A stretch of DNA of 64,000 bases, from NCBI GenBank assembly GCA_963640475.1, contig CAVHYW010000007.1:561-64560 (forward strand), read 5' to 3'. Shown here one piece after another: positions 59,720 through 64,000 of the stretch (the stretch's first letter is position 1; each line of letters opens with the position of its first letter). The notes under the pieces are model-generated. The model saw only the letters and a list, made by a program, of their open reading frames with translations. It made no database searches and was not told the DNA's origin. Origin of the DNA: a bacterium (lineage in GTDB: Bacteria > Bacillota > Clostridia > Oscillospirales > Oscillospiraceae). The position numbers and the translations under genes were made by a program.

Positions 59720-60912
59720 CAGTTGTTCCCTCCCTGGATCTTCTTGATCTCCACGCTCTCGATAAACGCCTGGAAGCGGGTACGGAGCTGACCGGAGGCG
59801 GAATTGATATACTCCTTCTCAATGGAGCAGACGGGGTAGCCGAAGTCGCGCTGCAGCACCACCGTGTCGATGACGCGCTCATAGCTCCAATACTCACAGA
59901 ACTTGTTGGAGGCAATGATGATGCCGTCGGCCTTGTATTCCTTTGCCATGTCGGCAATGACCTGCTTGCGGTGGCGCATTTCGTTCTGCTCCATGAAGCG
60001 GGTGCACTGGCTGGTCAGCAGATAGTGGCGGGCGATGGCGCGCAGAGGTGTTTCGCCGCCCTTGATCTCGATGGGCTGACGGGCCTCGGCCGCGCCGTAG
60101 CAATAGCGGTCGCCCACCACGCGGGCGCCGCAACTCTCAATGAGCTTGATGAAATCGGGATCGTCGTTCTCGCTGCCGGCCAGCACCACCTTGCAGCGGA
60201 ACTCCTTCTTGGCGTCAGGCTGGCGGGTACGCATCTCCTCTGCCGTTTCGCGGAGCTTGTCGATGATCAGGTACTTGGGACATGTCATGGTAGCCAGCGT
60301 GATGACGGAGAACTCATAGCCGGTGATGGTGGGGTTATCCAGCTTGCGGTAATCGCCGATCTCCTGCACCAGACGGCAGACCTCGTTGTGTTCCTCGATA
60401 GTCTTGCGCAGCGCCTCGTCGGAGGTATCCACGCCGTAGTTGTCCCGCAGGAAGTCCAGCACATGAGCCTTCAGCTGGCCCTCATAGTGGTCGATGGAGT
60501 TCTGGGTCTTTTTGAAGGGCACGTCCATGAAAGAACACTTGAAGCGCTCGTTCTGGATCACGTCCTGCATCCGCTGCAGATGCTCCTGGAACCGGCAGGT
60601 GACGGTACACGTCTCGGTAGCCAGCTGGGCGTCCAGGAAGTTGAAGCCGCCCTCCAGCGCCCGCTCCAGCAGGCTGCGGCCATAGTGGCAGGTACGGGAC
60701 GACATGTAATAGGTCGCCATGTCGGGCGAGGCGCAGCGGGGCGCCCGCAGACGCACGCTGAAACAGCCGGGCAGATCCAGCAGTACCTCCGGCATGAAGT
60801 AGCAGGTGTACCCCAGCGCCAGCTTCCCTTCGTCCTTGGCCTGCTTGACGAGGTCGTTATTGGCCTCCTGCAGCAGGTTCTCGAAATAAATCAGATGCTT
60901 CAGATCCCTCAT
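59719..60912 (-). CDS. 2-hydroxyacyl-CoA dehydratase family subunit (beta/D-like)
   Basis: GYTCYFMPE, TCHY, VVGDRYCYG, KADGII...KFCEYW, GQLRTRFQAFIES. Confidence 0.88.
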   Translation of the reverse strand: MRDLKHLIYFENLLQEANNDLVKQAKDEGKLALGYTCYFMPEVLLDLPGCFSVRLRAPRCASPDMATYYMSSRTCHYGRSLLERALEGGFNFLDAQLATETCTVTCRFQEHLQRMQDVIQNERFKCSFMDVPFKKTQNSIDHYEGQLKAHVLDFLRDNYGVDTSDEALRKTIEEHNEVCRLVQEIGDYRKLDNPTITGYEFSVITLATMTCPKYLIIDKLRETAEEMRTRQPDAKKEFRCKVVLAGSENDDPDFIKLIESCGARVVGDRYCYGAAEARQPIEIKGGETPLRAIARHYLLTSQCTRFMEQNEMRHRKQVIADMAKEYKADGIIIASNKFCEYWSYERVIDTVVLQRDFGYPVCSIEKEYINSASGQLRTRFQAFIESVEIKKIQGGNN

Positions 60913-61112
60913 TGTGTTCCTCCTTAACGCCGCATAACACACAAAGCGGTATTTTACGAAAAAATTATACATAATTGCAGATTTTTTGTCAATAAATTTG
61001 TGCTTTTTATACAGAAAATGCACAGATTTCGTAAATATGTCTGTTATTTGTCATTTGACTTACCCACGGCGGCGTGGTAGAATAGGAAAAAAATGAAAGC
61101 GAGGGCTTTTCC

Positions 61113-61406
61113 ATGTGCGGTCACGAACACGAACACACCCATGCCGACGGCACCACCCATACCCATTGCCACACCCATGACCACGATCACGAGCATTGCC
61201 ACGAGCATCAGCACCACTCCCCCGAGGAGGCGCTGGCGCTGCTGGCCTATATGGTGCAGCACAACCGCCACCACGCCGAGGAACTGCACGAGCTGGCCCA
61301 CAGCATGGATGACGAGGCCGCTCAGCTGATCCACGATGCCATTCTGGACTTCAATCTGGGCAACGAAAAGCTGGACGAGGCCCTGAAGCTTCTGAAGGGA
61401 GAATAA
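61113..61406 (+). CDS. His-rich metal-binding protein (putative Ni/Co chaperone)
   Basis: His-rich N-terminus; LLAYMVQHNRHHAEEL helical C-domain. Confidence 0.75.
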   Translation: MCGHEHEHTHADGTTHTHCHTHDHDHEHCHEHQHHSPEEALALLAYMVQHNRHHAEELHELAHSMDDEAAQLIHDAILDFNLGNEKLDEALKLLKGE

Positions 61407-61411
61407 AAACC

Positions 61412-61600
61412 ATGTGCCTTTCCACTGTTTACACCCTGAAGGGTGACGAGAAGAAAGAAGTCTGCAAGAATGTGGCCTCCATGAAGGTCGAGGGCGATAC
61501 GCTGGTATTCAGCGATATTCTGGGCGTTCCCACCGCCGTGGTGGGCACCATCGAGAAGATCGACCTGATGGAGAACATGATCTTTGTGCGGCAGAACTGA
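61412..61600 (+). CDS. CooT-family nickel-binding protein
   Basis: MCLSTVY (Cys2), DILG, IEKIDL; 62 aa. Confidence 0.85.
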   Translation: MCLSTVYTLKGDEKKEVCKNVASMKVEGDTLVFSDILGVPTAVVGTIEKIDLMENMIFVRQN

Positions 61601-61714
61601 ACCAAACAAAAAAGAAGGTCGGATGCGTTGCATCTGACCTTCTTTTTTGTTTTTAGAACGGCCTCCGGCGGCCCACTTTTCACTGTGTGGCGGAAGGAGC
61701 TCCTGCGCTGTTCG

Positions 61715-61790
61715 CGGCGGCATGTGGTCATGCCGCCCTACAAAATTCTGTCGGTGGTCTGCCGTAGGGCGGGGTGACCACACCCCGCCG
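61715..61790. repeat. Inverted pair of GTAG-type REPs (REPIN-like)
   Basis: cggcggcatgtggtcatgccgccctac (61715-61741) and gtagggcggggtgaccacaccccgccg (61764-61790). Confidence 0.75.
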
Positions 61791-61798
61791 CACATTCC

Positions 61799-62046
61799 TG
61801 TCATTCCGAGACAGTGACCGATGTCGGGGCGTTAAAAAATATGCCAGTGGCATATTTTTAGTCCCGATCTCGGCGGCTATGCCGCCGTAGAATCCATCTG
61901 GATTTCCACCGTACTACGAGAGAGCGAATTTCCTGTTGCGGTTCCCAAAATTTCTGCGCTGCCTTACGGCGGACGCTTGAAATTTTGACCGCTGCCACTC
62001 GCTCACCTTGCTTCATCCGCCACTGGCGGCGCTCGGCTCGCTCCCC
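61799..62046. repeat. Cluster of additional palindromic intergenic elements
   Basis: aaaaatatgcca-g-tggcatattttt, cggcggc-tat-gccgccg, ccgcca-c-tggcgg and related hairpins; no credible CDS. Confidence 0.5.
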
Positions 62047-62047
62047 C

Positions 62048-63313
62048 TTATCGCTTTACCACTTCACGACCGTCCGACCAGACGGATACGATGTTGTGGC
62101 GGTGGGTCATGTAGATGATCCGCTCGAACCGCTCCTCTACGCTGAGGGGATAGCTGGCCTCTGGAAAATCGGCGTCGTCCACCACGATGGCGTGGAGCTT
62201 GTCGCCCACAGCGAAGCCCTCACCCGCGCCGAAATACTTGTGGCCGGAAGTGGTGCCCAGATAGTAGCCCTCGCCCACCGTCAGGAAGTCGGTGTGCCAG
62301 TCGTCGCTGATGCGGCGCACCTTGGAGGTGCGGATGGACATGGCGATGACCTTGTACATGGGCAGCTGTGCGCCGCCGGCAATGTCGCTGCCCAGCGTGA
62401 CCCACAGGCCCTCGTCCAGCATCCGCCGCACCGGACATACGCCGGAGCAGATGTTGACGTTGGAGTCGCCGCAGTGGACAACGACCACGTTGGCATCCTT
62501 GATGGCCTTGCGCTCCACCGCGTCGGAATGGACGCAGTGTGCCATCAGGGTGTGATCCTTCCACAGGCCGTACTTGTCGTAGGTCTCCCAGTAGCGTTGG
62601 CACTCCGGGTGCAGTTCCTGCACCCACTGGATCTCGCCCATACTCTCGGACAGGTGGGACTGGACGTACAGCCCCTTTTCCCCGGCGATGCGGCCCAGCG
62701 CCGCCATCAGCTCGTCGGTGCAGCTGGGGGTAAAGCGGGGGGTGATGATGGGCTTCACATGCTCAAAATGGCAGCCCTCCAGCCAGCGCAGCGTCTCACG
62801 GACGGACTCCTCCGTGGTCTCCTGCAAAACGCCGGGCAGGCCGTTGCGATCCATGTTCACCTTGCCCACATAGCCGGTGACACCCGCCTTTTCCAGCTCC
62901 TCCATCAGCACCCACGTCGCCTCGGTGTGCAGCGAGGAGAACATGGCAACGCGGGTGGTGCCGTTGGTAATGAGGTCGCTGGCCAGCCGCTGATAGGTGC
63001 GGCGGGCATAGTCCAGATCAGCAAACCGGGACTCGGTGGGGAAGGTGTAGGTATTCAGCCAGTCCAGCAGCGGCAGATCCATGCCCATGCCCAGCATGGG
63101 GTACTGGGGTGCGTGGAGGTGCATGTCGGCAAAGGACTGCATGATGAGCTTATCGCCGTAGTCCCGCAGCGGGGCGTGGGCGTAGCAATCCGGCAGCGTG
63201 TGGTAGACCCCGGCGATGACGCCGTCCTCCAGCACCAGAAAACCGTTTTCGGTAATGTCCATCCGGCCCAGCGCCGGGGCGTGGACAATGTGGCCCTTCA
63301 AGACCTGTATCAT
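62048..63313 (-). CDS. guaD: Guanine deaminase-like amidohydrolase
   Basis: DMHLHAPQY, LLDWLNTYTFPTE, NGTT, ITPRF, QSHLSE, MAHCVH, LGSDIAGG. Confidence 0.85.
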   Translation of the reverse strand: MIQVLKGHIVHAPALGRMDITENGFLVLEDGVIAGVYHTLPDCYAHAPLRDYGDKLIMQSFADMHLHAPQYPMLGMGMDLPLLDWLNTYTFPTESRFADLDYARRTYQRLASDLITNGTTRVAMFSSLHTEATWVLMEELEKAGVTGYVGKVNMDRNGLPGVLQETTEESVRETLRWLEGCHFEHVKPIITPRFTPSCTDELMAALGRIAGEKGLYVQSHLSESMGEIQWVQELHPECQRYWETYDKYGLWKDHTLMAHCVHSDAVERKAIKDANVVVVHCGDSNVNICSGVCPVRRMLDEGLWVTLGSDIAGGAQLPMYKVIAMSIRTSKVRRISDDWHTDFLTVGEGYYLGTTSGHKYFGAGEGFAVGDKLHAIVVDDADFPEASYPLSVEERFERIIYMTHRHNIVSVWSDGREVVKR

Positions 63314-63334
63314 GGAACGATCCCTCTTTTCAGG

Positions 63335-63380
63335 CAAAATAAAATGAGTGCCCCGCCGCCCATTGCGGCAAAGCACTCAT
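63335..63380 (-). terminator. Riboswitch expression-platform terminator
   Basis: atgagtgctttgccgc-aatgg-gcggcggggcactcat followed by tttattttg; the 5' arm overlaps the P1 3' strand. Confidence 0.75.
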
Positions 63381-63441
63381 AGTGGCGTCACCGGTGACGC
63401 CGTAGAAACGCCGTACCCCGTCGCGGCACGGCTATATGAGT
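63375..63441 (-). ncRNA. Purine (guanine-type, C74) riboswitch aptamer with variant loops
   Basis: P1 actcata/tatgagt, P2 gccgtgcc/ggtacggc, J2/3 gtttctac, P3 ggcgtca/tgacgcc, J3/1 AC; upstream of guanine deaminase. Confidence 0.85.
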
Positions 63442-63459
63442 TTTCTTATATACGGGTTT

Positions 63460-63488
63460 ATGATAGCATACGCGGCGGTATTTTGCAA
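63460..63488 (-). promoter_or_regulatory. Sigma-A promoter of the riboswitch-guaD transcript
   Basis: TTGCAA-N17-TATCAT with an extended -10 TG. Confidence 0.6.
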
Positions 63489-63634
63489 GGGGGAGTTTTG
63501 GGAGGCGCGGCTTGCTTATGTAGGACTACAATACATATCAGGCAAGGGAGACAGGCTAACGGCCTGTCTCCCTTGCCTGATATGTGCTTGGATTTTTGGT
63601 GATGTTTTGTTTTCTTTTCCGCGAATGTCATCAC

Positions 63635-64000
63635 TTAGTTATAGCGCACGCCGTACTCCAGACGGTCGCCTAGAATGCCCTTGACCACGTCGGCATTTCC
63701 GGGAGGGCAGCCAACGACCCAGCGGAAGCCCTTGGCGTCCGCCAGCTTCTTGCAGCAGATACCGATGCAGACGGTGTTGTCGGCATTGGCGTCGGCAGGC
63801 AGCATGTCCTCGGTGCAGGGGCCGACACAGACGTTCATGTTCTCCAGATAGGGGAACAGGTTCTGTGCCTTCATGTCCATCAGGGCGCTGATGACGGTGT
63901 TGTGGCAGCCGGTGCAGGCATCCTTGCTGAAGATCAGGTTGAAGCTCTGGGGGATACCCTCGATCTCCACCTCGCAGGAGCGCTTAAAGCGGCTGGCAAC
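63635..64000 (-). CDS. 3' end of a Cys-rich Fe-S protein (DUF362-like), partial
   Basis: ACTGC, CIGICC and GCPP motifs; the frame is open to the window edge. Confidence 0.55.
   Translation of the reverse strand, partial: VASRFKRSCEVEIEGIPQSFNLIFSKDACTGCHNTVISALMDMKAQNLFPYLENMNVCVGPCTEDMLPADANADNTVCIGICCKKLADAKGFRWVVGCPPGNADVVKGILGDRLEYGVRYN

Overview
GC-rich chromosomal backbone of a probable spore-forming anaerobic Clostridia member (Oscillospiraceae-like, inferred from gene content and synteny). It is mostly housekeeping: ispH-plsC-cmk, scpAB, smc-ftsY, rph-rdgB-yhbY-nadD/yqeK-rsfS, rpmG-secE-nusG-rplKAJL, metK with a SAM-I riboswitch, hflX, rpmE, addAB and htpG. Accessory blocks are an amino-acid ABC transporter, brnQ/LysR, a TetR-DUF308-MMPL-coiled-coil module, a tandem-duplicated membrane-protein gene (one copy with a nonsense codon), a 2-hydroxyacyl-CoA dehydratase-like radical operon flanked by His-rich/CooT metal-handling genes, and a guanine deaminase. 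I saw no CRISPR array, prophage, reverse transcriptase, transposase, rRNA or tRNA. The most notable signals are: (1) a purine riboswitch with divergent loops wired as an ON switch for guanine deaminase; (2) a circularly permuted amino-acid substrate-binding lipoprotein; (3) a dehydratase/activator operon with an extra small membrane protein and an extended subunit, with no adjacent pathway genes; (4) several families of non-autonomous palindromic elements (278-bp TIR element, GTAG REPs, GAA-linked hairpin array). All calls come from reading motifs by eye; no searches were run.
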